NCBI GenBank assembly: GCA_036172245.1
Contig: JAYWIR010000019.1
Location: 2,604,001 to 2,668,000 of the forward strand
Length of the DNA stretch: 64,000 nt
Direction of reading: 5' to 3'
Source: Raillietiella orientalis
Lineage: Eukaryota
Below the pieces are notes generated by a model. That model made no database searches and had not been told where the DNA came from. It saw only the letters and a list, made by a program, of their open reading frames with translations. Every line of letters begins with the position of its first letter. Within the stretch, counting starts at the first letter, position 1. Below are positions 38,418 through 52,424 of the stretch, one piece after another. The translations under genes were made by a program, and so were the position numbers.

Positions 38418-41400
38418 GTCCGAATTATGGCACAAACCCAAATGAACCTGCCACTTTCATACAAATACAAATACGAGTGGTTCCTGTATGAACACAGCTA
38501 CTGACAGATAAACGATTATTAAGCAATAAACCGGGAAGAGTCAAAACAACTCATGGAAATAACAGGCACAACAAAGGTGACTACAATTATGATGGATTCA
38601 CCTTGCTAATCCTAACAGGACTACCAGCTTCAAAATTACCCTTTTAATGACTATTTCGTGTATAACTGCTGGATTTTCTTTGTGACACTTCTACTCATTT
38701 AACTGCTTGTTTTCTTAATACAAATCGAACGGCATTCAATATTATTATCATTATATTACTATTTATAATAATTACAAATGATAAAACGGCCCTTAAGTTT
38801 ACTCTGCATTGGTCTTTGGTAGGAGACGCATACAGTAGACCCGTATATGATGCAGGGGAGACGTACGTCACGCGTTATACGAGTCTTTGGGGTTATACAT
38901 AAATAACATAATAGTATTCATAAAAGATATCAATTTTTCATTTTCAAATTGTAAAGAATATTTTTTAAAACGTTTACATAACAAAAAAACCCGACGACTA
39001 CATGAATCATGCTCTGATATTCTTTGCAAGCACAGATCAACCTAAGTACCACAAAATTCAAATGTAGCCTAAGAATTGTACGGGGCTCATTTACCGCTTT
39101 ATACGGATACTGATCTGTATTACACGGAAGTCCACTGTACTTTAATCTTAGTCAAAAAAATTTCCTATGGGCATCTTTGCAGGTAAATCCAGAGTTGCAT
39201 TGACTTAGCATTTCTTAATCAATCAATTGATTTAGAAAGCAAAACAAAGGTCATGAATGAAATAAACTAAAGGAAAAAATACAAATTAGCACAAAGTATT
39301 CATATTTGAGCCTATATCAACGTGTTAGACTTTTGAAAAAAATAAATATGGTTAACTGGAGCAATTGTGAAAGAACAGAAGTGGCATATCAAATTAATTA
39401 AGTTCCGCATAGCAATGAAACAGGAAATAGCAAACAAGTGTTGCCTGACTCTATTGAATGCTTCGTTATTCTGAATTAGTTCTCATTATGATATTAAGTA
39501 GGAATTTCGGTTCAAGTGATAGAAATAAATACTAGAATAAACTAGAATAGTTCATGACGCAGTTCAACTGAGAATCAGCAACAGTCTGTTATATACAGCA
39601 TAAAATCAAAAATCTATACGGGAATATTGATTTTGGCTATTCTAGGGAAAAAATTTTCGCTTTCTTTGGAATTATTTATCACACCATGAATTGAATCATT
39701 GAGTTACAATGCTCATCAGAGCAGATAAGCTAAAATGAAACGACTGACACTATAAAAGGGAAATATTCGAAACAAACCACAGCTATATTTTTAGTAATCT
39801 TTTAGCTATTTCTACAAAAACTAATATCAGGTGCTATTGACATAGTTATTGAACACTGAATTATAAATTCATTTACGTGTTCATTTACAGCAGCCGAAAT
39901 CCGATCCTAGATTGTACACATACTAACATATAAATGGACCGACATAAAAAATCTTTTGAATTATGAATGATCTTTTTGAGACTTACCTTCATTAGATCAG
40001 ACCACATCCTTAAAACCATTATTTTGATTTTTTTTTAGACTTACAGCGATTCTATTTTGTGCGGTTGATAAAGCGAGAACGAGTCATCAGATGAATTATT
40101 TGAAAAACGAAACAGAAATTACAATTCTAGCAGATAATGGCAGGACGTGTCTAATTGATATATTAGTTAAAACTAAAAACACATCAGTTGCCAACAATTT
40201 GTGCATATTTTGGGATTTTTAATCTGAAGATAAAAATAGACAAGCTTAGGTCCACAGAATTTGTCCAAGAAATATTAATAGTGAATTCAGAATCTCTTAT
40301 TTGTCTCCTAAATGCATTAGCCTAATCAAGTCATTTAGCAGCATGGAGTACATTTTTTTATTTATGTTACTTTTGTTTTAAACATGTATAACATAAGTAA
40401 TCGGGTTCTGTTTTTATATTATTTTTGAACATGCTAACTGTATTTGTATCTCTAAATGTAGTAGACTTCTGTATAACGCGAAATGCTTTTCCAGGTTTTT
40501 ATGGGAACCTACTGTGGATGGTTTCAATAGAAGAGAGCACATGAAAGCTCTTCATTGAATTAGTAAACATCCAGCTAAGAACTGAAGTTCTTTTAATGCA
40601 CGAGGAACACACGTTTGCATTTGTGCCTTTGATTGTGTGTTTCCATTGAATGGATTCAAAACATGTCATCGGCATTTTTCTGAAAGGAAATGTTTGTGAT
40701 AACAATGCTCACAATTGTCTTCATTGAAAGGAAAGACCGATGTATTTCGACCGTATGTTTTCGAGTTACTAAGGGGTTTAATAGAAAAATCATTTATTTC
40801 CAAAGAATATGTTTGCTTAGATTGTTATCATATCCATAAGATTTGATTTATAAAATGAAGCAAAAGTTTAGAGAAATGACGAGAACCTATCATAAAACTG
40901 AAAAAGAGCATAGTAAAATGATTTCAAAGTTTTCTTATAATGAATTTCTACATGTCTAAATACCAACTGAAAATCATGCTCATTGTTTGTTACATAAATA
41001 TGCACTTAGAACGCAAATGAGGAGAAAAAATCACTACTGTGTTTGGATAATATCAGTTTGAACTTTTAAAAAATAATTACATGAGAAGAATTATCAATTA
41101 CTCATGAATCGAAAATATGGGGACGGACAATATTTTTTTAAGTTCAGTATAAATAAGATGATGTAACGAATGCATTCGTGTAGAATAGAATAGAATTCTT
41201 TTAGGCATATATAAACCGGCGAACAAATTAATTTATTGAATAGTGTTCCTTAACTTCGGAAAGATTCATGCTGAATAATCAAGGTTATAATTTCAAAAAC
41301 AATAATTCTGACAACGTAAAGAAATTTACTGTCACTAACATATCAATCATTTTATATTGTCGATATAATTATATTTAGTAATTATAATTAAAAATAATAA

Positions 41401-41921
41401 TGTGCAATGTAACAGTTGTTTTCGAAACTTTTTTGCTTATTTTTACATTGTTTAAAGGAGCAATGGGCAACAGTTCCGCGGTGCATTAGTTCTATTTCCG
41501 TTTTATTGAGTGATGGGTATCCATTTTATTTGCAGACGACCCGAGATCGTGTGGTTAGTGAGGTAGTAGAGTGATACAGCAGTCAGTTGTATTTGCGATT
41601 AGTGATCAGTTCCAATTTTGTATTTTTTGTTTCCATGTAATACATATAAGTATTAAAGGAAACTTTCACCATTTTTATCTGAAACATAGCAATGTATTTA
41701 AAGACTCTCAGGAGCAATAATTTAAGGTATATATTGTGAATCAATAATTTAAGGTATATATTTGAAAATTGAACATTTGAAACAAAGACAATTATGTAAA
41801 ATAACTGAATTTTCCTAATTTATAGTTATAATTTTTTCTATGCAATGGTAGGTTAGTTAAGATACAGAAGTAAAGCATTAAAGGAATTCACGTTTATTGA
41901 CTTCGTTCTCATACCGACAAC

Positions 41922-44900
41922 ATGACCGATGCAGGGTTTTTTCGAGTAAGTGTGCCCTTTTTTGAATTCCTGATGTAACGTATTGTCTGAATCCTTGAGT
42001 TGAAATCCTACTAGAAGTAAGAAATACAATAGGAATAGTTTTCTGTAAGAGTAATTAGAATTAATATTACTTATGGTTTTAAAATAGCTGTCAAATTATT
42101 GTTTTTTGTTAGGGTACCTCTGCTGAGCAGGATAATAGGTTTAGTGACAAACAGAAGAAATTGCTGAAGCAGATGAGATTTGCTGATAATTTGGTAGTAA
42201 AGGTAAACAAAACTTTTTTATACTCAAGTGTTTAGAGTTGTGGTTCTCTGAAGGTTGATATGGGAAAAATAAAGTTAGATGTTCTAAAACCATGGATAGC
42301 AAATCGTATAAATGAATTGCTTGGAATAGAAGATGATGTTGTAGTTGAATTTGTTTTCAACCAACTGGAAGCAGAAAAGGTTTGTGTAATGATTAGTTTA
42401 TTTTGTATATAGATAGTTCTTTTGCATATATATTTAAAAATTTCAATTGTTATTTTATATGTAGTGTGATTACTTTAGTGTTTATTGATTATGATAAGTT
42501 GTAGAATAACCAAAGGTTTGGAATGTGAATGACAGAGAACTTCAGACTCGTAATCTCACATAGTTGATTTTCTCCATTAAATAGATAAATTGATAACATT
42601 CAATATTATCATACCTGTATGGGTTTCGGAAAGGTTCCTTGAAAAATCTACAATTCTTCAGAGCCCTCTTCAACTTATATCTGGATTAATGACATCCCAG
42701 TAGAAGGTATTCAAAATAAAACGCTTGTTTATGTAAATTTGAGCTATTCATGGATCAGTAGAAGAAATTCTCCATTTTAGTTTAGTTTGCAATTATGGCT
42801 ATTCCTTAATTATCCCCATGGTTACAAATTGATTGCTCTTGCAAAACTGATTCTGCTAATCAAGCATAGTAATCTTAATTAAAAAACAAAACAAAACATC
42901 GAGTTAAAGCATCAGTTCAACTGAATTCAAAATTCTAACTTAGAATATAAATTATGAGGAGAAAATTTGGGGGAAGGGGCAAAGTTTTAGAGATTTAGGA
43001 TTTATTCATAATATATCTCTTTACTGATAACTAACTGTTACTTTTGTGTGATAATTTTCTTCATTGTGAAAGTATTTTAAATGTGTGAATGGATTACAAA
43101 AAAAAATTTAGAAAAATAGAATAGAAAAGACTAAAGGATTTTTGTGCTTCTTGAGGATACTTATACTCTCATTCACTTCAGGGGATGCAATCAACTCGAG
43201 TTATGCTGATTCATGGCTTCCAAACAGGAAGTATTTTGCCATGTGTTAAGATTTTCTTACCTGTTTTTTTGCTATACATAGTTTTTAAACTAAGAAAAGG
43301 TTATCCATAACAAGTGTTTCAAGATTGCTGAGTTTCTGACTCATTTTGTATTTTGTTTTGCAGCATCCAGATCCAAAAATGATGCAGATAAATCTCACAG
43401 GTTTTTTAAATGCCAAAAATGCTAGAGTATTCATGGGAGAGCTTTGGAGTTACCTTATTTCAGCTCAGGAAAATCAAAATGGCATCCCTGCAGAGTTATT
43501 AGAAAAGAAAAAAGAAGAAATTCAAAGAAGGATGGTAATGCAAGAGGTTCATTAGAATATTTGCATTAGTCTGTTTCAGGAAGAGAATGAAAGAGTTGCA
43601 GATATATGGAAGAAATATGAAAATCGAGAAAGAAAAGAAGAGATATTTGAAAAAGCAAGGCGAAAAAGAAGTCCAGATAAGAATAGAGAACGAGGGCGCA
43701 GCAGAGAAACTGACCGTAATTGGGAAAGGGCTCGCAGTAGAGAAAAAGTGCCTAGTCGTGAAACACATAGAAACAGAGAGAGTAATCACACTCCAGAGCG
43801 AGATCGGGAGAGGTATTTGTGCTCAATTTTATGTTTTTGATGTGACCTTTCAGCCATTTATTTTATTTTATTTTTTTAATTATTTTTTTGCTATTTACAG
43901 ACAACGAAGCAGAGACATGCGAGTTTCCCCTAAATCAGAACCTCAGTTCAACCGTTCTTTAGTTAGCAATGTGGCAGAGAACAGTGAATTCAATGTTAAA
44001 AGCTCTTATCAGGAACTGTCGCCAGTATCAGGCAATGCAGCCAGATCTGATCACTGTGTAAACAACTACACCCACATTGCTTATGATGTCCCACTAACTG
44101 ACCTCAAAGTGAAGACAGAAAAGGTTGACAGCATGCAGTCAGGGAAATCCGAGGTCGGAATTACTTCAGAAAAGAAGTCTTCAGGATCACACAGAAAAGG
44201 CACTGAACATTCATCAAGGTAATGGTCTTTTGGTTAAGGTTGGAGTACCTGAATGTAGTGCATTGGTTTTTAATTCAGTTGGTCAATTGATGTTTGTGAG
44301 GATGTTTGATTTGCAGCAACTGATAATTTTGTAGGAAGGCTGTTCAGTCACCTGTAGGTTATTTTGAATCTTTCATTTTGAGGCAGCAAATCAGACAGAT
44401 TAATTTTTTTCTTCTTTTTCTTCTAATTGTAGCCATAAAAAAACAGAAGAAAAAAGTTCAGATAAACATCCTTCTGCCATAAAGTCTTCTCGTTCCCGAT
44501 CAAAAAGAAGAACCAGGTAAGTAAACTTTTATGAGTTTTTGATCGATCACAGCTTTTAGCAGTGTTTTGCTGAAAAGAACTTTTTATAAGGTCGCGATCC
44601 CGCAGACGATCACGGAGCAGACATGAAAGAAGATCCTATTCTCGAAACAGATCCCAAAGCGCATCAAGAGATCACATGAAGTCAAGAGAGCGAACCCGAA
44701 GGGAGAGAGAACGCAAACGAGAAAGAGAACGTAGGGAGCTAGAAAGAAGGGAGCGCGAACGGAGGGAAAGAGAGAGGAGGAGATGGCAAAGAGAAAAGCA
44801 CAAAAGGGAGCATACTCATGAAAGAGAGGAAAGGATGAGAGAAGACAGATACAGAAAACGATCTCGATCAAGGTAAGTAACTCGTGTTTCGATTCAAGTT

Positions 44901-47900
44901 AAATTATCATAAAATTATTGAGAGTTTAAGAGGGTAAATATTTGAATTTGATAAGTTCTGTAAAGTATAAGTACTGCAGGGCAAATTTTCTAATAATTAT
45001 GAAATAATAACTATTGGTGTATATTTTTTGTTGAAATATTGTTAGAAATATATTGAATCAGAAAAAATGTTTGTTAGAAAATATATTGAGTATGATTGAC
45101 ACATTTCTTGTCTATTTTTTGGATGATCAAGTTTTTAAAAAATAAACTTGGTTTTAAGTTTTTGTATTTTGTTTTTGTTTTGCCAGTATACAAAATCTGA
45201 GCTGTTCATAAGTTTTGTTTAAAAAGTTTTGTAATAATGTTTGAAACTTAGTACTTTGTAGTAACACTTTTGTATCATTGAAAATATCCAAGAGATTCGA
45301 ATTTACTGGTCTCCTGGAGGTGAATCCAGAGGCTTTTATTAGGTGAAATGTGTAAATTCTAGGTAGGTTTAAAATTGCTTTTAAAAAGTTCGCCCATCGT
45401 AAGCAGCTGTTTGTACATTTGTGCTAAGAAATGAGTTTTGATTTTTTCCCATTTTTGCAATCATTTAAATGCTATAATTTTTTTGAAGATTTAATATGTA
45501 TTAAGTAATACAATGGAAATATTAATGGGTATTGTAAGCTTAATTTTTTTAATAAAATGCCTGTTGTAATTCATATATTTGTATTCAAAAGAAAAATGAT
45601 GTAAATTACTGCTGTTTTTTTTTTTTAATGAATTGTGTAAATGTAAATTGTTTACTGTATTCAGAATGTATTGTTTGCTTTGCCCTGTGCTTATGTTTTC
45701 GATTTTTTCTGTAACCAGAATTCATGTATTTGCTGGTGTATTTTCATTGCAGAAGTGTATGAGTTATCTTTGTTTTGTGGGATGAGATTTCTAATCATGT
45801 TCTTGTTGTGATTTGCATGCAATTTTCAGTGTATTGCTGAAGCAAAAATTGTCATTCTTATATGCGATTTGTGTCTTGTTTTTCTTTTGAAATTTGAGTG
45901 TTGTGTTTCCTGCAAGTGATAATCCCCCTTTTAAGAATACTGATTTTGGATACTTATGGTTATCACCCATGCATTTGTTTGCATTCCCAAAACTTTATTG
46001 CTTTAGCTGTATTATACATTTTAGATCAGGGATGGGCAACATCTGACCTGCAGCAATTTGTGTGTGTGTTTTTGTATGGTCTTCAAGAAACTTTGTCATT
46101 TTTTTAAAAAAAGTTGTAACTAACCTCTCCATGAGGTTTTCTAATTTGAATCTAGCACCTCACCTAATAATTGGACTAGTGAAATTAGAAAGTATTTATG
46201 TACGATAGGGGAAAAAAAAATTTTTTGATACTAAGAAGTTGGTGTTTGCTGGGTGTGGAGTTTTGGCCCACAGCAATTTCCTTCTCCACCACTCCAGATT
46301 TTTTGGAAGACACATGCATTGCTGACATGGATTTATTATATCAAGATATTTTTGCATTTTGGTTTACTTTTCTATCAACATGTTCAGAACACAAGTTCTT
46401 GTTGCTTGTTTGTAGTTGTAAATACAATGAAATCTGCATGCCAGCTTATTCTGAGCAGTGAGCATTTTATATATCAGTGGTGAAGTTTTTTCGTGTAGTT
46501 TTCCAAAATATTTTCGGAAATAATTGAGCATCTTTTTACACCAATCACTTTTTTGTTTCTGAATTTGCATATGTATGTTGCAGTTTTTTTTATTACAACT
46601 AATGGAGTCCTATTACTTTATTTCTTATTACTCACTTCAGCAAAGGGAGAATAATTGTTTACTGTTTCATATACGTTCATTACTGCCTGCTGGAAAAAAA
46701 AAACAGCAATCCTCATGCATATCATCCTGAAATCCTATTGCATGAAATCCTTTTGTTTATTGTAGTTTTTTACGTTTGCAGTAGCATAGTTACAGAAGGT
46801 TCTTGTGAAATCTTAGTTATTGTTTCATTGTTTTTTATGTTAGGGTTACCATCGAAATTTTTTTTAAGGATTTTTGTTTTTATTTGAATTCAGCTAAGAA
46901 CTTTTGAAATTAGCGTTTGTGAATGCATTGACACTCTTTGAGTACAAAGAGATTGCATGCTATTTTACCACAAGGCTTCTTAGCTATTGTAATTTGTAGT
47001 TAAAAATTACAATAATGCGTGTTGACTCTAGGATTGAATTCATGATGCATCACACTTTTGGATTAAACCCATACAAGATTAATAATTAAACACTTGCTTT
47101 GTTGCTGCAGCTGGCCTCTTGATTTTTTTTCAAAACTTTTGCTGCTTCCTTGAAAGTACTTTGCCTTAAAGTAAAATACTTGCATTGTTCGTTAGATCTG
47201 TGACAAGAAAATCGCGTCATGAAGAGGAAGTGAAGAAAGCAGATGCATGGGAAAAACATAATAGACGGTAATCTCCAAAGTTTTAGCCATAAACTTAAAG
47301 TTTGGTATTTCAGGTATCAGAGGAGAAGATTCAGGTCTGCATCATCTTCTGTAGGAAGAGTTGTTGAGTCTAAAGCTACAAATTCCTCTTCATATTCATC
47401 AGATGAATCAGTTGCAGATTCTAGTTCAAGTGCTGAGGAAGTAGAAATTACAAAAGCACATGAATATGCCCCAACAAAGCATAAAAGTGCCCCTAGCATA
47501 ACAGATTCCAATAACAGTGTTGATGAGAATCAAAATGAACCAGAAGAAAGGTATGTGTGAATGTTTCAAACTGGTTTTTAATTTTCTTATTCTAGGGAGA
47601 GTTCTCCATGCGAGGTAATCCTGAAGAAAGTACGGTAAATGAGCAGTAATTAATGATGTTTGTCAGGATGGAAGCAGGCCACATACACCTAATGAAACTG
47701 AAAGGGAGTATGAAGAAAATAGGAAGTCATCAGCTGAGAATGATGCAGAAATCGAAGATGAAGCGGAAACTGAAAATGAAAATGTGGAAGACGAAGAACA
47801 CGAAGAAATTGAGTATGTCTTATGCACATGTATAGGAAATTAATTTTTTTTAATGATTTGTCTGCATTTTAGGAATTATAAGAGTACAGATGAAGCAAGT

Positions 47901-48389
47901 AATGCTCCTTCCTCTAAGTAAGTGAACTTTAAAGTGTAGCACGGACTGCTTTCATGAATCTTGAATTTTAGTGCTGCAGTCAAAACACATCTATCTGATG
48001 AATTAGATAGGGAAAATATATCCGAAGGTTTTAAACGAAAAAGAACTGAAAGCAAAGATTCTAATGAGGTAGTTTTGGTATTTTATCTTTTCTTGGGATT
48101 TTGATTGTTCTGTGTATTTTACATAATAGCTTTCTGGAGGTGAGAGGAAACGAAGGAAAAAAGAAAGAAAAAAAAAAAAGAAGAAACATAAGAAGCATAA
48201 AAAGAATAAGAAAGTTAAAGATGTAAGTGTAACAGTACAGTATATCGTAGTAATTAGTTTCTATAGGGTTCCACAAATGATGCAAATAATATGGATTCCT
48301 TAGAGCAGCTAGAACAGAAGCTTCGTATGAAGGCATTGCAGTCCATGAAGAAAGCCAAGGCATTAGAAGAAAATAACAACAGTGATTAA
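41922..48389 (+). CDS. SRRM1: Serine/arginine repetitive matrix protein 1 (SRm160), PWI-domain splicing coactivator
   Basis: MTDAGFFR|GTSAEQDNRFSDK...VLKPWIA...DDVVVEFVFNQLE...PKMMQINLTGFLN (PWI domain), RS/RE repeats, KKKHKKHKK and C-terminal LEQKLRMKALQSMKKA. Exons: 41922-41945, 42113-42202, 42254-42379, 43364-43534, 43580-43812, 43901-44218, 44433-44516, 44591-44872, 47196-47267, 47314-47550, 47596-47614, 47667-47812, 47873-47917, 47972-48068, 48130-48222, 48267-48389. Confidence 0.93.
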
Positions 48390-48422
48390 TTTGAGTAGAT
48401 CCGTGTTGACTTTAAAAATGTG

Positions 48423-48428
48423 AATAAA
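48423..48428 (+). promoter_or_regulatory. Polyadenylation signal of SRRM1
   Basis: AATAAA 34 nt after the stop codon. Confidence 0.5.
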
Positions 48429-51400
48429 AGTGTACATAGATCAGTTTCAATTCATTTTTTTATAGTGTTTATAAACAATGATACAGCAGTATAAAATGAG
48501 AAATAGGTGTACACCCATCACTAGGTGCGTATCAAACAAATGAATGGAGTCATCATGTGATGAGGGACGACTTAATAATCTGGCACGAAGTTTTTGTATA
48601 CTTTCCTTGTTGAAATAAAACATGTTACAAAGTAATGCAAATGGCATTACCAGCAGCCATCCACGTATGATTTCCTTGATTCCCTGATAAAATGAAACAC
48701 AGTAAGTGCATGGTGTCGATTTTAAAGTTTTTTACAGTTGAAATCGACTTTGCACTTTTTTAAAAAAAAAAAGAAAAAAACATCAGTGCTTGCTTGTGTT
48801 TTAGAAAAGGTGCAGAGATCATAGACTAAACAGGAGAATCCAAATGAGCGAGTTTTAGGGTGCGAACTGGTCGTCCTATGAAAAGAACTGAAGAAATCAG
48901 GGTGGTTCAATCGATGGCAGAATTAATCGCAAGTAATGCACAACTTCAAAATCAGTTGGTTTTGGTGTGTGTGTGTTTGTGTTTTTTTTTATCGTTATCG
49001 AAACTTCATGATGACTCCAAACCGATTGGGTTTGTAAACGAGAGAAAGTAACCCCAACCATTCGCAACCCATCAGAGGATTCCGTAATGCATTTCGGTGT
49101 CGGTTCTGACACCTGCGAGTTTTTTTAAAAAAAAAAAAAAAAAAAAAAGAAGCACGGTTTCGGAATTTTGGTTTCTAATGCTTGCAAGTATCAATCGATG
49201 TACCCGTTACTTATCAGCAAGATTGCATATCCGTGCGAGAAGGTTTTCATTGGTGTTCACGGGCTTTTGGCAGGTGCCGTGCTAATCGGTGCACATATCT
49301 GCTTGCGTAAACACGCACACTGCTTTATCATTGCACGGCCGTGTACCGTTGCGACTACTGCTGTATTGCACAAGACCCTTTTCCTGAAGAGAAAGATTTT
49401 GATATTTTTATGTCAGGAGGTCAGTATTTGGAAGCTTATTGCGTCGGGGGGAAGAAAATACCCAGCAGGAAGACAGCAGAACTTCGTCAGGCGTTCCAAA
49501 GAGCGGTTCTTGGGAATGTAAACAAGCTTCTTGCTTCCCGTGTCGTAAAGGCGGGGATTGAAAACTCGTAGACCAACGGATTCCCAACGCACCCTATCGA
49601 AGAACATCTTTTTTGTGATCCAAGGTGTGTTCTCGACTCCGATTTCTCATTTGAGATCATCTGGATAACAAACTCTTTGCTGGGGCTTAGCATCTAGCTG
49701 AGATAAACAGCCGATGACAATAGGCAAGAACCGTTTTCCCCGAGTGCTGCAGCCACGTCCAAATCGTCTTTGCATGGCGGATGCCGTGCTTCATGTGCAA
49801 TCAGTCGTCTCTTTAGAACGAATTCTCTATTCCTGTAAGGGTCGAGTAACCCCCGACCGAAATGTTATGTTATGTTTGATGAAACTGGCTCATTGCTCTG
49901 CTGCCCTTCTGAAAACAGTTTCGAAATCCCAAAGAGCACTCAAAGGTAAACGGAGGGAAAACCAGAAGACAAGCGTTTCCGGATCAGTAAATCGGGAACG
50001 ACTAGGCACACCGAAATCCGCAAACCCCTGACAGAAAAGTCTTCTGCACGTTTTCTCTAGACTGTTATTTTTAGGAATTGTGTTGAATCCCTATATAGCT
50101 TACTGTATTTATACGCTCCGAACAGCTTGCTAAGTAAACCTGCCCTGCATTTTTCCTTAATTTATTTCAAGTATTTCATGTTTGCCGTCTCTTCAATTAT
50201 TTATATCTTGTGCAAACTGTTTGGAAGATTCTTAAAAAGCCACAAACACTGTTCATCTCGACTGAGTGCTTCCAGCATCTGATTGCCTGTTTTTGCGTCA
50301 CTGTTGCCAATTTTAAATCCTACATTTCGCAATCAGCTGCATAATATGGCATGCCTTATCACGTAATTACAACGGCATGTTTCCCATGTTTCCTTGCTTC
50401 ACCTCTTTTTTTTTTTTTTTGTTTACTTTATTTCACGAAAATCACATCTATAATAATACGGAAATTCGCAACAAAAAGTGTATGTATATATACATATAAT
50501 TAAACAGTTACATACCAAGAAATATGTGTAACTTTAGTGAAATTAAGAATTCGTCAGTTCGTTTAATCAAAATATTGTCCATGTATGAAAAAGTTCAACT
50601 TATATTTTGTTGTACACTGACAAAAGAAAAGTAATTTCATTACTTTTCTGAAGCAAAGAATTTTCTCGTTAGCCTCACAAATGGCAAACTATCACTTTAT
50701 ATTTTTATATCGAACATTTCTTTTTTTTATAGCAGACACTTCCCGAAAGAATGCTGGTGGTTAAAATCAATCGTATAAGGTGATTGAAATAATACTCACC
50801 GAGAAATAACCTGTCAGCAAAAGAGTACCCAAAGAGTTATCGAAAGGGTATGGAGAGATCTAGGAAAAAGAAATTGTGCAGGAGACACTAGTAGATGCAT
50901 TGATTCATTGAGTCAGCAAGAGTGATTAGCGAGTAAGCTGATCACTTGAGAGGCAGATCACAAATGATAATTAAAAAGTGTATTTTAGTGAAATTCATAA
51001 AATTCAAATCAAACATTTGTTTGTTTTCCTAGACTTTGTGTGGATTTTCTCAGAAGAGAATTCACGCTTTTTCGAACAAACAATTCAAACTTTTTCAAAT
51101 TTGTATTAATTTTAGCGAGTTTGCAATAAAATACTTTAGGCTGTGGAACATACAGTTTTCTACATGTAGAAACAAATACTGAATGGGATAGTTTTGCTCG
51201 CAATAGGTCAAACAGGCCCTAGTGAGAACAGCAGGCACGAGAGCGCTGGTAATCCTGCTTGATTCCATCATTCATTGTTCCAAACATTGCGTGGGAACTA
51301 AGTTTCATTGCCCATTCCCCGCCTTATTCATCTATTAACTAGCGAAATAATAGAAGTGTTCGTATGTAGCATATTTGATTTCCCTCTCTTAACTGAGTCT

Positions 51401-52169
51401 TGGAGATATTTGACTGTATGCTTCTTAAATTACGGATTTCTTGTTGGTTCATATCATCCCTGAATTCAAGATTTCAAGATGAAAGGAACGTTTTATCCAG
51501 TAAATTATCCACAACTTTTCCAGGTCTTGAATGCTGTGATCGGAAACCTTGAAGGACAAACATTTCAGCACACACAAAAAAGTATTGTGGGCTCATAAGT
51601 ACAATACGATACTGGTATTGACCTTGAAAATTATCCTCTAGAAATGCTTTTTTAGTGGACTTTTCTCGAAATCGTGCTCATCTTTCTTTGCCTTGATTTT
51701 AAATGATTAAATCTTAGTTTCGAATACCAGAAACAAGTCTGATTGAATTCTCCATTCTTTACCATTATTATTATCCTTCTAAACAAACACACATATATGT
51801 ATAGCACTACTTGAGATGACGGATTTCTGTAACACATCGTCTAACAGAATCAGCTCAACACACAAAATTGTAAGCTCAAATATAAGTTTGGTTCACTTTC
51901 TAGCTACAACAGTCGTTTAAAATGTTAATATCTAGTCAGGTTGGGTTTACAACATGCGTTTGGGCATACTTTAATGCTACACGGTACATCCTGGTAACGT
52001 CATTATTTGCCATTACAAGAAGTTCTCAAAGTGACGATTTTCTAAGGTAGGATGTAAATTGTTAAACTTGCTCTAAGTTACCCTTTCAGGATAACCGTTT
52101 GAGGTTGATTCACACTGGTTTCCCTCATGTATGATTCTAAATTGCATTTGAAATAATTCGTTGCCTTAC

Positions 52170-52424
52170 CAACTGCAGTAAACTGGTCAGAAAGACTCCA
52201 GTTTTCAAACTGAAGCAGAAGCAACACGAGTCAGTCAAAGGGTTATATATCTCTCTTTCGGCATAAATGCCAGAAACTGGATCATATTTGGAATGTCTAG
52301 CAGACAAATCTTCTCTGACATTTGGTGATCTCTGAAAAAAGGCAATGCGCTTCATTTGCCTTCCTTTGCATATGTTCGAAAGATCATCTTCATATGGCAA
52401 ACTTGTCTCGGATTTCTCACTCAT
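52170..52424 (-). CDS. Putative first coding exon of a small multi-pass membrane protein (CCFCFSLKTG motif, LAPTM-like)
   Basis: ORF ends DSCCFCFSLKTGVFLTSLLQL followed by a GTAAGG donor. A CC.C..L.TG motif before TM1 is typical of LAPTM-like tetraspan proteins. Possible next exon at 50859-50800; the rest is not resolved. Confidence 0.45.

Noticed and set aside
38802..38858. Three-way-junction-like fold upstream of mRpL17
   Set aside because: No hammerhead core (CUGANGA/GAAA), tRNA boxes or clear H box; stems are short.
43587..43900. 5' part of the 211-aa ORF from the track
   Set aside because: Wrong frame of an SRRM1 exon plus intron read-through; not a separate gene.
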